In this document: positions 23,151-35,836 of the stretch, piece by piece
Position numbering within the stretch: the first letter of the stretch is position 1
How the letters are laid out: the number at the start of each line of letters is the position of its first letter
NCBI GenBank assembly: GCA_036172245.1
Contig: JAYWIR010000007.1
Span: 4,588,001 to 4,652,000, forward strand
Direction: 5' to 3'
Origin: Raillietiella orientalis
Taxonomy: Eukaryota
Length of the DNA stretch: 64,000 nt
The notes under the pieces: model-generated
Seen by the model: the letters and a program-made list of their open reading frames with translations, nothing else
Told to the model about the DNA's origin: nothing
Databases searched by the model: none
Translations under genes and position numbers: made by a program

Positions 23151-26100
23151 CATCTGCCAAGCGGAGCGCCGACCTCTGAGGCTGCCCCCCTTCCTCCGTG
23201 GGCGAAGGCGCGGAGGCGCCCTCCCGCCCAGTTGAGAGGAGACGGCAGGAAAGGGACGCGGGAATGACCAGCAGGGCGGCGTCCCAGGGACCGAAGGGGG
23301 GTCGGGTTGGTCCGCTCAGGAGAATCCGACGGATCGCGCGGATGGAAATCCTTCTTTTCTGTCTTCGCAGTTCTTCAACACGATTCCGTGCCACCCGAGG
23401 GTGGGTAATTCTTCAAGATAGGGGGTACCCTGGGAGGGATCCTCCCTATGAATCCAGGAAGGACTCGGAGTCCGTTCCTCTGACGCCTGGGGAAGGATCC
23501 CCGGAAATGGAGTTCACCTCCACACTGGTTGTCTCCGAAGGGGAATCCAGCAGGGAATCTCTTTCCTTATTCTCTCCGAAGAGACCCTTGAAAGGTCCGC
23601 TGCAGTTTTTCTTCTCTAAAGGGAACCCGGAAAGGATCTGAGCCTGGAATGTCTTCTCCGGAGGGATCCCCCGCAAGGGATGCACTCCTGTTTACTCCTC
23701 TGAAGAGAACCTCGAAGAGGAGCTTCCGAAATTCAGAAGGACGCAGCTTCCCCAAAGGGATCGGCTCGCTGGCCGACGCCCTCCCGACCGAAGGCCGTCG
23801 GCCAGCCCCGGAGGGAGTGGCATGGGCCGGAGGGCCGGGTCAGCGCCCTCGGAGAAGTCGCTCTGCCGATGGCTACGGGGAGACTGCTGCAGCTGGGGCC
23901 GCCGAAGGAGGGAAATCTTGGGGGCGGAAAATGGGTCAGGGAGGCGCCGGATTCCAGGATCGAATGCCGCCACGAACCCCTTCCCCGGGAGCGGTGGCGA
24001 AGAGCCAGCGGCACCGACGCTCCTCGGGGAGCTTCGTTGCCGGGCAACGCAACGCTGCCGACTTCGTCCTTGCGGGAAGAAACTCCCTGGGGTGGACCCC
24101 TTGGGTGTCGGAGCATCCCCGCCTCCTTCCCCACAAACTGCGTCCGGCTCCCGGTGGGACTTCGTCTCTCGGATGCCGGAGTTCATCCCGGCCGCCTCCA
24201 CCGCATTCCAGCGGGCGACCATCTCGTTCCGCGCGCGACCGGCCGAGGTTGCGGCCGAGGGACTCCCTGTGTGACGACTCCTCCCTGACTCGGCCTCCTA
24301 CTCACGACCAGCAGGAGTGCGCGAGGCGCTGGAGAGATCTCCCTTCCCCCGACCCCCAGGGAGCGCGGGTTACGCCCACAGCAGTCGCTCGCTGCGCCAC
24401 TCGCGGGCGGCAGTAACCCTCACCTGGGAGTCAGCGGCGGCGGCGGCGACAAGTCCGAAAGCCTCTTCCCTCGCGCTCCGCGCCCCTCTGCGGTCGAGGG
24501 GAGGCCACCGACCTCTTCGCCCTCCCCCAGTCCCGCGAGAACCGCAGTATCATACGGTCACCGGATGTGGGGGTGGCACCATCGGTGGGTCAGAGGGCGA
24601 GGAAATTCTGACCCGCAGCTTCGCTGGGGTCGGGAGGGTCACTCCCAGCCGGGTGACTAAAATAGGGGCCCCTCGGGGCCTCCCTGCCCGGAGGCACAAA
24701 TGAACCCTCCCGCCTCCTGGGTGTTTGCCCGTTCGCCCGGGGTCACTGGACGGAGGAGATGTTCGGACCTCGGCGGCACTCGTGACCACCTCCTTAGGGC
24801 TAGGGCGGCGCCCGCGAGCCTGAGGCTTCCAGGTCGCCCTCCTTGTCCCAGCAGGGGGAGGAAAAGGCAGGAGGGGGTTGGGAAGGATGGGAGCCGCCAT
24901 CTCGCGGCAGGGAGGACGGGCCTCGTGTTGCCCAACTAAGGCCCGTCCTCCGACCCTCCGGAGGACGGGCTCGCACGGAGAACGGCACGCCGGGTGCGCT
25001 AGGCTCGGGAGAGGCCCGCCGCCCTTTCCCTCCCTCGCTGTCTAATCGCAGAGCCCCCGGTGTGAGGCCCTCTCCGGCCCCCCGCGCGCTACGGAGGAAG
25101 CGCGGGGTGGCCGAGTTCCCTTCCCTGCTAGGATGGACGCGAGCGACCCCTGCCCGTACCGCCGCCGGCTCGCGCACGTTCGAGGTCACTGGCGACGCGA
25201 GGGGACCCGAGGGCTTCCGCTCGCGCCTTCCTGTCGCGGTCCCTGCGCTGCAGAGCGACGGCGGACCCGGCGGCGCTTCCCTCGCCTCAGGGGCACCGGC
25301 GGCGCACCCCGAAGCGAACTGTGCCCTTCCCCGCCGCACGCGCGGGCGAGAGGGCGCCTCCGGAAAGAACGGAAACCCCTTGGGGCAGACACAGGGGCGG
25401 TGGAGGGGAGGGAAGAGGACTGCGCCCTCCAGCCGCCTGGGGGCTTTCCGAGCGGGGGTGCGCGCGTGTCGGGCCCCCTTCCTTCCGCCCTCTCCCCCTC
25501 TCTTCCACATTCTTGCCGCCCTGCAGAGCAGCGCTGCCAGCGTGCGGCGGAGGCGGCGGGCGGAACCACTGACCCGGAAAGCGGTCACGCGGGAAGCTCT
25601 CGCCAACCATCAGCAGCAACGGGGAGGGAGGGAGAAGGAGGGGGGAGGGGTTTCTGCCCCGTGGCGTTCGTCGCAGTCGCCGCAGACTTCCGTGAGGCGG
25701 GCGAGCGGGCGGGCGCCGTCTCGTGCGCGCCCCTCCTCCTCGAAGGACGCGGCGGACCCTGGCCCGGTTTCCCAGAGACGAAGAGCGCGGCCCTCGGGGC
25801 GCGCCGCCTCGTGTCGCCGAAGGTCCATCCGACGCGGGAACGGCTTGGGGATACGAGGTCGCTCTCCCCCAGGGCAAGAGCCACGCGCGCAGGTGTCACC
25901 CCTCCAAGGTCGCCATGTGGAGGACGAACGCAACCGTGGAGGTCGGGTGGGATTCGCGGCCCTTCCTGGCAAGAGCGACGGGGTGTGCATACTCCCTTCC
26001 CTCGGAAGAGGATTCGGTGAAAGGCTGCGTTTCCCCCCAAAGCGCCTCACGGAGAACTGCGGCGGGAAGTGAGGAGCGGACGTCCCCCCCCGGGTGTTCG

Positions 26101-28030
26101 CGGCCTTTCTCATGGATCATCTGAGAGCCTTTGCAACGCGAGAGAGTGTCCTGAACGCAGCCCGTCTTCGTCTCTTCCTCTTCCCTTCCTCCTTTTCTTC
26201 TTCTTTCCCCTTCCTCCACCTCCTCATCCCTTCCTCCTCTTCTGCTGCGGCCTGGCTCACTACCCTGACCAGAGCAGGAAGGGTTCGCAGAGTAGTTTTC
26301 CCTGGATCCAGCGCCCGCCCGCCCGATGACCCGGAGTTCGGCGCGTCGAGTCCCCTTCCCTCCCTTCCTTCGGGACTGTCACTCCCCGAAGGAAGGGAGG
26401 GATCCCTCCCACGGTTCCTTTGCTGCTCCCCGCGTCCTTCCAGCTTTGCTTTTTTTTTGGCCGAGCACCTAAGGGGTGCCGCTTCACTTCACGGGGGAGA
26501 AGGGGAGATAGGCACCGGAGCAGCTCGACAGCGCCGCCACTTACGGGTGCCTCTCGTGGCTCTTCCACTGCCCCACCCCCGAGGTGTGCGGGGGCAAGTG
26601 GGGAGGAGCATCTTCGCAGGGACCACCCCTGACCGGTTGGCGGGATGTCCGGGTCACCACAGATGCGCGCCCGAAGTCTGGGGGTGGCCGTCCCAGCGGT
26701 GCCACCGTGCGGTGGGGGGTTCGAGACGCGTGGCTCAACTGCACTCGGTGCTCGGGGTATTCGAACCCACGACGCGCGTGGCGTTGCCAACGCGGTCCGT
26801 CGCCCGCTGGACCCGGCCTGATCGGAAGAGGCTTCCTGGGGCCGCTAGGAGTGAACGCGTGGGGAAGTCCTTGCTCTCGGAGCGGGTGGACGGTCGCGTC
26901 GGTGTCGGCCTGTAGGCGAGAGGCCGATGGTGGCACCCGGGAGTCTTCGACCGCAGGTCTGCCAGCCATGCGGTCTAGTGGGCGGATCCACCCACCGATC
27001 CCAAAGGATTCTTCGGCAGAGCCCCCGAAAGGTTCCGCCGCCGTCGCCGCTGATCTCTCAGAGCCTCAGCGGCGGTGAGTGTCTTCGACCCCTGCTCCGT
27101 GATGGTCAGTCGAGGGTTGCTGGAGCTGCTGATATGGCGGGGGCTCTAGGAACGCGCAACTGGTCAGCTCTCGTGTCCTTCCCCCTTTGTCTGATGAGAC
27201 GCCTCCTCCTAATCTTCGAGGCCAGCAGCGATCTCACGTGGAGATCGTTGCTACCGCCCTGGGATGACGGAAGTCCTCACAGGGTTATTCCGTTCCTCCG
27301 CTCCTCCCCCTCTATTGGTCTGTTGGGGGGAGGGGTCCGCAAAGTCCGCCTTTTTGTCACCTCCTCGAAGCTTTCGCTGGAGCCGCTGGAGCGCCTGCCC
27401 TGCGGCGGAGACCTCTCCGCCTTGGTCTGGGCACTCGTTGCAGAAGCCGTGCTCGTCCTTCCGAGGCTGCGGGTGAGGGTGGAGCGAGCGGCTTGCCACC
27501 TCGGCGGCGCCGAAGGCCCCGGAGGAGCGACTTCCTTCCCAGAACCTACCCACCCTCGAAAGATGGACGATTCGCTTCGCCGACTCGCATCTCGTGAGCG
27601 ACAGACCCCGAGGCAAGAGCGTGCGCCCTGGCCAGGCGCGCCGGGCGAGCAAGCGCCACCGAAGACGCCCGAATTCCGCCGGAGCTCCCGGAAGCCGCAG
27701 TCTCGTCCGCTGAACCACGGACTCCTCAGGCGCGCAACCCGTGGCACCCGTCAGTCTGGGGGGGAGAGGTGGGTGCGCGAAGAGTTAGGGGATCGAAGGT
27801 CGGCTGCGCCGCCTCTCTTCGAAGAACTTCCGCGGCGTGACCTACGGGCGGAGGGACTTACTGTTCCCAGGGCCGCCGCCCCCGTCTTCGGCTTGATCGA
27901 CCAGCGAGGTCCCCCTCCCCCTCCTTTCTCGAAGATCCCTCGTCACGTGACGTTTCTCCTTCCGCGCATTCCACGAGCGGAGAACCTGGTCCTCTTCGCA
28001 GGGACATCGGACGAGCGAAGTTTTCTGGGG
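23080..28030 (+). mobile_element. Copy B: 3'-truncated decayed copy directly following A head-to-tail
   Basis: 23230-23290 aligns with 16455-16515 of A. ORF1 ghost EEILTRSFAGVGRV and SPG..RRC..GG..DH (~24600-24800); APE LQGRH (~LQETH), GKSDGVCIL (~GVAIL), VRDAW; RT start EGPGG (~27510), SRPLNHG, GLIDQ (~LDQEKAFD, ~27890). Confidence 0.65.
26357..26402. repeat. Perfect 18-bp-stem hairpin
   Basis: tccctcccttccttcggg-actgtcactc-cccgaaggaagggaggga. Confidence 0.92.
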
Positions 28031-28158
28031 TGTTTTCGCTGTTCCCCTCAAGCTTTTTTCTTCTTCTTTTTCTTTTTCGGATTTTCTTTTTTTTTTTTCG
28101 TTTTGTTGGCTCGCCAAGTGCCAAAGAACCGTTCGCTGCCTTAGGGGGGGTTTACGAA

Positions 28159-29530
28159 GCTTTTCAACACCGTACACGCCACCCGAAGGTATGCGCAACT
28201 CTCCAATTTAGGGGAGAGACCCCAGGAAGGGAACCCGCTATGAATCCATGAAGGACTCCGGAGGAAGGAGTCTATTCCTCTCACTCTTGAGAGGGTAAGT
28301 CTGAAGGGAACCCGTGCCCTGGTTGTCTCCCTGGAGGAGCCGCTCCTTTTCGGAACTCTGAAGGGAACCCGAAGGGAACAGCGCGCTTCTGGCACTCTGG
28401 AGGGACGACCCTCGAGGGGGTCATCAAGCAGCTCCACAGTACGCGATCGAGGGGTCCCCCTCCCTACGGCTTGATTTTCACAACCGAGCAAAGTGCTGAA
28501 GGGGACGTGTGCTCCTCGATTCCTGGAACGATCCCGGAGGATCCACTTCCAAATCACGGCCAGTCAACGGGGGCGTCCCGTTCCACCAGTGAGGCACTCT
28601 GAGTTCTACCCTCCCTCAGGGAACACACGGGCATCAGCCTTACGGCCAGATGGGAAGTTACTATGGAAATTGTCGGATGGAGAAGAGGACTGGGCGAGTG
28701 AAAGACGGGCCAGCTCACCGACGCTGCGACCCCGATCGCTCGACCCCATGGACTTTTGCGCTGGAGAATGCTACTGGGTATTCCGGAGGAAGACCTGAAA
28801 TGACTCCCATACTCTTAGAAAGACGCATACCTCCCGTTAAAAGTGGCAGGAGTCGGAGTTGATGCTGCTGCGCTGGGATCTCCCGCGCAACGCCCCCCGG
28901 CATTATTGGAAGCGGGTGGAAGGGGTGGACCCAAACTGTGCAAGGTGCAGGGAACGTGAATTTCTCCTGCATCTCCTAGTGGACTGCGTTGCCTTCGGCT
29001 TCTTTGAGGACGCTTTGCCGCGACTCCTGGAACCCCCGGCGGCAACGCCAGAGACGTTCTGAAGCGTCTCTTCCTGCGCGACGCCCTCACTTCGGCAGGT
29101 CGCATCCCCAGCAGCACTTTGCTGCCCCTACGAGGTGGGATCGTGGCTGCATGGAGGAACGCCAGATGAGGCAAGTTCCTGTTTCAAGACTCCCAGATAG
29201 GGAACTTGCCGGCATCCTTACAAGGATGCAGAGGACGTCCTCCAGCACACAGTGATCCCTTCCCGAGCCCCCCCATTTCTTGACTGTATTTTTTTCGTGT
29301 TATTTTTTTTCTTTTTTTTTGTCTTCCTTTCTCCTGTGCTGCCGAGGAGACACCGCTGGCCTGGGTGCCAGATCCCGGCAGGTTCCTTTTTGTAGTCATA
29401 AGTAAAGTGGCAGGATCAAACGTCCTACCACGGACATGTATGCTTATTTTCTATGAATAAACGCCCCGGAGTGACCGGGTGTCGACCAGACCCGCACTCG
29501 AGACCTACTAGCGTCGTCCTGATGGGGGGA
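28159..29530 (+). mobile_element. Copy C: ~1.4-kb internally deleted derivative (5' region fused to ORF2 C-terminus and 3' UTR)
   Basis: 28159-~28480 aligns with 23370-~23720 (5' region of B). ~28600-29530 aligns with 22200-23150 of A, including VDPNCARCREREFLLHLLVDC and AATAAA at 29456. Confidence 0.75.
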
Positions 29531-29539
29531 GGGAAACTC

Positions 29540-31650
29540 GGAACCCCACGACGCACCCTCCACCCCCATTCTCTGACCCCGTCCTTCGGTTTCATCCAGT
29601 CACGTCGGGGCGTTTACTGTGAAAAAATATTTACAAAAAATACTCTTTAAAAAAATGTCTTTCTTGGTGGTGGTTTCACATGACCATTACGAAGGGAAAT
29701 GCTGCCGCCTGGGAGGCGCTGCTTCTCGTGAGCAGCTCCCCCGATAAGATCCGCACAGGAAGAGTGGAAGAAGGGGTAAACGAAAACACAAAAAAAAACA
29801 AAAGTTGAATTTAAAAATATGTTGGCGAGGGGAGGGAAGGGAAGGAGTCACGGATTTCTTCCTGGCGTCCTCAGAATCCTATGGAGGGTATTGGCAACTT
29901 TCTCCTTTTGTTGGCAAAAATGCGGCCATCTTGTCGCCGCCTTCCTCGTGAAGGAGCAGAGGATTGGGATGAGCTCACCTATCTATTGGCCACTTTCAGC
30001 GCGGCTTCTCGCCGCCACGATCCCACGAAGGCAGCACAGGGCTGCAAGGGAAGCTGCAGGCGACATCAAGTCGCACGCGAAGAGATGCCGCAAGACCTCT
30101 CTGCCGTTGTCTATCGGGAGTGTGTGAGGGCCTCAGTGAAGCGTTCCCAGACACTCAGGAGGGCAATAGTACAATCCAACAACAGGTACGAGCAGGTTCC
30201 CGTCCCGTTCCCGTTCCCGTCCTCCACACCTGGCACAATCCGGGACCGCACTCCCCTCGTCCAGTGGTGGATTCTTGCGTTGCATGGAGTCACCCAGTCC
30301 AACAAATGCAATGCTGACTCCTGCCACAAACACCGATAGTATTTCTGCTTTTTTAAGAGGGATATCCAGACCGGTTACCATGCCAACCGTTCCGTCTCCT
30401 CCACGAATTCTGCAGCGACCCAGATGAAGAAAGGAAAACTAGCAGCTCCGCTCACACCACTGTTGTGTGGCAGAGAAGTTTCGTGTTGAGGCAGAACCAC
30501 CCTGCCCCAACAACAGGTCACCACAAGAAATGGATTTCGTCCCCTGGACAGTGTTCAAATGCGTACTCTCCCAAAGGAAATCCTTTAAAGAGGGCGGCGG
30601 AGATGGAAACGTCAGCCAGTTGACGCGCCGTCCAGCATCCCAGTCCAGCATGCTTCTTTTTTTCCGCGATCTCTCAGGATACTTCCCATCTTGCAAGGTC
30701 ATCGCTATATCCACTTGTCACATCGTGTCGAGCGTGGCTGCAAGTGAGATGTTCTGGGCAGTCCATGATTTCCTGCAAGGAGCAGCGGGCGTAGTCCGAG
30801 AATCGCACACATCGCGATGGCTCTGGGTTCGTGCCGTTTCTTTCCGCCCATGCCGGAACTGTTCCCTGTTTCCAGGAAACACAGTTGGCAGGGCGGCAGA
30901 AAATCCACCTGTCCTCCTGGGTCGGGGCGACCATTTGGCGGAGTTGGCACCCGCATCAGGGCCTCTCTCTCGATGGCCATGCACGAGGGACGTGCCGAGT
31001 CCTTCGACGCCGGCTGCTCGCTTGGCCAGGAGTCTGGCTGGGACGCACCAGTGGGTGGTCCAGAACTTCGCCACTAGGGCTGATCTAACACACCGGAGCT
31101 GGCGCTTCATCTTCTCCAGCGACGAACGCGGAGTCTGGCAGTCCGGCGTCCCGATGCGGCGCGAGCACAAGTCTTTCAAGCGGACCCGGGATCTCTGCGT
31201 TCCCCGGAAGGCTCTTCGCAGAAGGTCGTTGGGTCCACCTCTTTACATCTCCAGACTGGGGGCAAGCGGAAAGCCAGGGTCGAAGGAGGGGAGACACGAA
31301 CGTATTCCAGAGGATAGCCCGTTCGGGCAAGAGAAACCTGCCATCCAGGGACCAGCATTCTGAACCTCGACCCTTCCCCAGGCGGTATGCGAATCCTCAA
31401 CGCTTGGTGCCACGAGCGGAGACCGTAACCACCCGGCATGCGCCGCAGGCCGCGGGAACATCATCGCCAGGGCGTCGGCATGCAGGATCAGTTTGAGCAG
31501 GGAGAGAGCGATTCCTCTCGGTTACCACCCCCGGCAGAATGGCAGCTGGGGTTGTAGGGCGCACCTGAATAGGGTGGTGAAATTATTTCCAGCATCCTGG
31601 GCGAACAACGACGACCACGGAGCTCCTCGAGATTTACTCTCACTCCTCGA
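29540..31650 (-). mobile_element. Copy D: 3' part of the same family, inverted, tail-to-tail with C
   Basis: Minus-strand LHADAL (~YADD, ~31480), WNTFVSP and KDLCSRRIG..VAKFWTTHWCVPAR (matching A 21620-21900), a YLLLDC zf remnant, and a 3' end agtaaacgccccgacgtgac. Confidence 0.78.
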
Positions 31651-31739
31651 TCCGTTCTTTACGTCAACGACGATCCGAGCTGCGCGCGACCACGCGCAGA
31701 AGAAAGGGACGGGGACAATTTATGAATCCTGACGGATGC

Positions 31740-32900
31740 CGCCAGCAAACGCAAAGGAACCGAACCGCGCACGGCGAGGGCATTCCGAAGGAGTGGCACC
31801 CGCTTTCGGACTTTGTCCTTCGGTGCCGACGTCAAGCGAATGCCATGCCACTGCGCACCAGTGTCCATGCCAACCGTTCCGTCTCCGTCGCAAATTCTGC
31901 GGCGGCGACCCAGACAAAGAAATGGAAACCAAGGAGCCCCGCTCATGCAACCGTTGACGCGGTTTAGAAGTTTCGTGTTGAGGCAGGAGGGCCACTCTAC
32001 CCCAACAACGGGGCACCCCAAGAACTGGCTTTCGCCCCCTGGACAGCGTTCGAACGCGCGCAGCCTTCCAGAGGAATGCTCAGTCTTCCTCTGGGAGTGC
32101 ATTCGCGTTTCCGATTTCCAGAGAGGCTGCGCGACTCTCAGCGACCCCCGTACGGTCTCGAGACCAGCAGGGGAGGAAGTGAGAATAAAAAAGCTGCTTC
32201 CAGCTTACGACCGAACGACGGGTCTCTCTCTACTTCGTTGCGTCTGGACCGTGTTTACCGAGCTAATGAAAAGAAACTCGATTTGTTTTCTCATTCCGTG
32301 GGATGATGGGCGAAAACGTCCTCGCGTAAAGTAACGAGGCAACCGAGAGGCAGGCACTCGATCCGTGAGCTCGAAACTTTGGCTCTCCCGTTCCGACTGC
32401 TTGCCCCTGTTCGCAGCAGCTGCAGTCCCCTAAACCCAACTCGCGGAGTCGACTCCTTCCTGGCACCCACCCATTCTGCCCTGGCCCTCGTTCTTTGGGA
32501 TGCTGCAGTGCTTTTGCCGAGGGGCACCATCTCAAACAACGACGATCCGTCCGGATTTTCCGTCTTCGAGCTTCAGAGCTTCCGATGGACCGTTTCCAAC
32601 CTGCTAGCGCTGGATCGAATGCAGCGTTTCACTCGGGGCCTCCGTTCGCCTCTTTCCCGCTCCGGTCTGCTCGAGCTCCCAGTCCACCACCCTTCGGTTA
32701 GTAAATTCCTTCATCCTTTTTTCCTTCATGAACAATCTCGAATCATCTGTGCTTGGGACACCTCCGTGCACCCCGGTGAGGTCGATTTTGGACTCCGCGA
32801 TGAAAGCAAACTTTTAGGATACGGATGTTCTATCCCAGCGAGGTGTCTCTCTGGACACCCATTCCAGTTGGGTTGGCACCCAACCACAAAGTGAGGGAAG
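31740..32900 (-). mobile_element. Copy E: rearranged or deleted inverted fragment
   Basis: 31865-32060 is a diverged duplicate of 30378-30565 (shared ccatgccaaccgttccgtctcc, agaagtttcgtgttgaggcag, cccctggacag). The distal part resembles the APE-RT linker. Confidence 0.65.
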
Positions 32901-35836
32901 CAGAAGGAAACGAATTCACCGATCTGCGCCGTTTAGCCCATTAACAGGAAACTCTTCAAGTGCTGGTTCTTTGCCTTGGAAACGGGAAGATTTCAATAAT
33001 TGCTCCTCAGGAATGAATTTCTAATCAAAATTGTTGGGATCCATTCCAGAAATCAGCGTTTTCGAGGTGCTTGACCCGGGGATTCTAATAGGAGAACGTA
33101 TCGTAAGTTATGCAAAACATTTGTTAATTGAAAGATATTGCATTGGATGGGATTCTCAAAGTTGAGAGGATCTCACTAAATAGATGCGTCGATACATCGG
33201 GAAGAAACGAGCTTCGGGGAAAAGAAATTGCAATCGTCTGTTTAGCATATCCGAAAGAGAAAAAACATACCATCGGCTGTGTGGTTGGCTCGCGCCATTG
33301 GATAGCGAAAGACGATGCACAGTCTGAATTAAATAAATCAGTCGAAGCTATTAATAAATAATGCAACCTATGTAAAACCGCGCTATGTAAAACTCTTAGT
33401 GAGTCGAACGAAATCATTTGCTCCGTCGGTTTGTCTCGTAGATGGATCGAAAAGCTCGCCAACCACAGAACGCAGTTTTCCAAAGAGATTTACAAAAATT
33501 CATTAGGATCTACGTACTTTTATCACTTGGTTGAGCCAATTACTTTTCTCTCTTCTCGCTTTTTTTGCTTTCCTTTTTATCATTTTTCTCCCGTCCTTTT
33601 TTTTTTTTTTTTTTTTTTTTCAGTTCGATGACTCCTGCCAGCAGCATTCAGGGCAAATCGATGACCTTTATCTAGCGATGTGAATTTCCTGTAGCATAGA
33701 AATTGAAGCAAATCAAGCTCACACTTCCTTGTCGGAACATTGTGGTTAAACGGAAGTAGTTCGGAAAACATTTCAGCCCAGCAGTGAGAATAAAGACATG
33801 GGTTTCCACGGCACTCGAGAATGCACGGCCGAAAACGTTGTTTTTGTTTTTTTCGAAGCCCACGCACACGATGCAGGCGTCCATTTTGTTTTCTTAGGAA
33901 GGCGTACCAAGTTCCGTTTTGGATCGAGAGAATTTTTCTTCCCGAAGGAATCGCAGCGCATCCGCAAAGCAAAGTCGAAAGCTCTTGAAGCACAAGTGAA
34001 GGGCGCAATAGGAGAGTTCTCATCTTCCACGAAACTGTACAGGGAAATCAATATTTATTCTGGATGTTCAGCACTAATGATACGCGTGCGACTGTCTTTT
34101 TACTTTTTTTTTGTTTTTTTTTTGCACGTATTTCAAGGTGAATGCATTAATACAAATAAACTCTTGAACTCCACCGAATTAGAACAGGTAACTGACTGCT
34201 CGCTGCGCTTCTCTTGTTCTTCTCTGGAACCCACCTTCCGATCCTGCAGGTCGCTGCAACTTGCCGTTCGAAAAAATCGAACCCAAACAGAGACGTTACT
34301 CCCGGATAGCGGGTAATTTATTACAATAAATTACCAGCTTTTATTACTATAAATTACCCACTCATCATCAGCAGTTTGTGCGTATGTGTGCGTTCTTCTT
34401 GCCATACAGAGACGATTTATGCGAGCGAGGATTGCGAAGGTCTGGAAGAAACGTGTGTCCTCGGTCTCGCAGCCGTCCGGAACTACCGCCGAAAAAGGGA
34501 GAAGGCGTGTTGGGAAGGTGTGCACTACGTTGGAACGAAAACCCCCCATTAAGCCAGGATCGCCCTGGACGCCTCGGCAGGCACACACACGGTCTCTGGG
34601 TGCGTATCGATCCAGCCCGCCGCGATGCCCCATCTCGGATCCCCCACGCCAGCATGCCCTGCGAATACGGATCGTCGAGAGGGGGACGTGAAGAGCTGGA
34701 AATTCCAAAGGCACTTTCGAATGCAAGGGAGCTCTCGACGCATGCTGGTAACGCGAATCTCCCTAAGAAACCGGAAACAAGCACGCAACTGCCTTCTTCT
34801 TCTTCTTCTTCTCCTCGTGTTTGTTTCTCGTGCGAAGGGAGTGGTCGGTCCGTTAGGAGCAACACGAGGTTTTGAGCCTGCCTATTCGTTAAGCAATCAG
34901 CGCTGGTTCGCTTCAGCCCTTGCGCGGGGGAATCAGTCCGGCAAGTGACCAACTGATGATCTGCTGCTACTTTCGTGATTCCAAGAGGCTTCTTGCGAAG
35001 GCAAGAACCCACGTCTACACGCGACCACTGCGTGCGGAGAATTTTTTGTGCGTGTGCACTCGACGAAACGAATCTTTGAAGGGCCTTCCTTCCTTCTCTA
35101 CGGTACCCGCGTTATCTTCATCGGATCACACGGCATCCCGTGCTCCGTAGCGGGGGAACAAGCTCCCGTCGAAAGGTGAAAGACGCTTCGTAGGGGCGCT
35201 CGGCGGGATTTCCTCGGACGGGAAAAAAAGGGAAAAATCTGATTTGAAGCTCGCGGTCAGCTGACGTGCACGTAGGTCGGCGTGCGGTCGAGGATCACCT
35301 GCGTCCCGCTCAGGGTCGCTCGTACTCTGGAACGGTTTCCGGCAATCGGAGGATTCCGAACGGCGCCCGTGATTCCGAGATGGCCTTCGAGGCATCCGAG
35401 GCACTTGGTCCGCTTCGCAGTCAAAGGAATCGGTTCCGTCGAAAGACGTCGGAGCTGAATTCGCCTCAGGCGAGATTGTTCGTCGCGTCCGAAGGACGGT
35501 TCCTCTCTCACATGGATCTACGAGGGTTCCTCAGACGGCGAAAGAACAGGCAAAGCAGTATTCGAGGTCTCTTTTGTGATCTTTCAGGTCTTTCTTTGCC
35601 GCCAATGTCGGGCGGCTGCTTCCGTGCGTGCGTGAACCCATGTTTCTTCTGCTTCGTGACTTTGAGCTGGTCTTGCGTAAAGCCTCTTGCAGGAGAGATC
35701 GTTCTGTTGGTGGATACCTTCCGACACAAGACATTGCCTTCCGTGGATCTCGACCCCGGACCCCGTTCTTCTTCTCTTCCACTGGAAAAAAGAAGAAAAA
35801 CGAAGAAAGACAAAGGCCACGGTCGCTTCCCGTAAG

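Noticed and set aside
15472..27197. CTGATGA hammerhead-core matches at 15472 and 27191
   Set aside because: No stem II followed by GAAA and no closing helices are visible.
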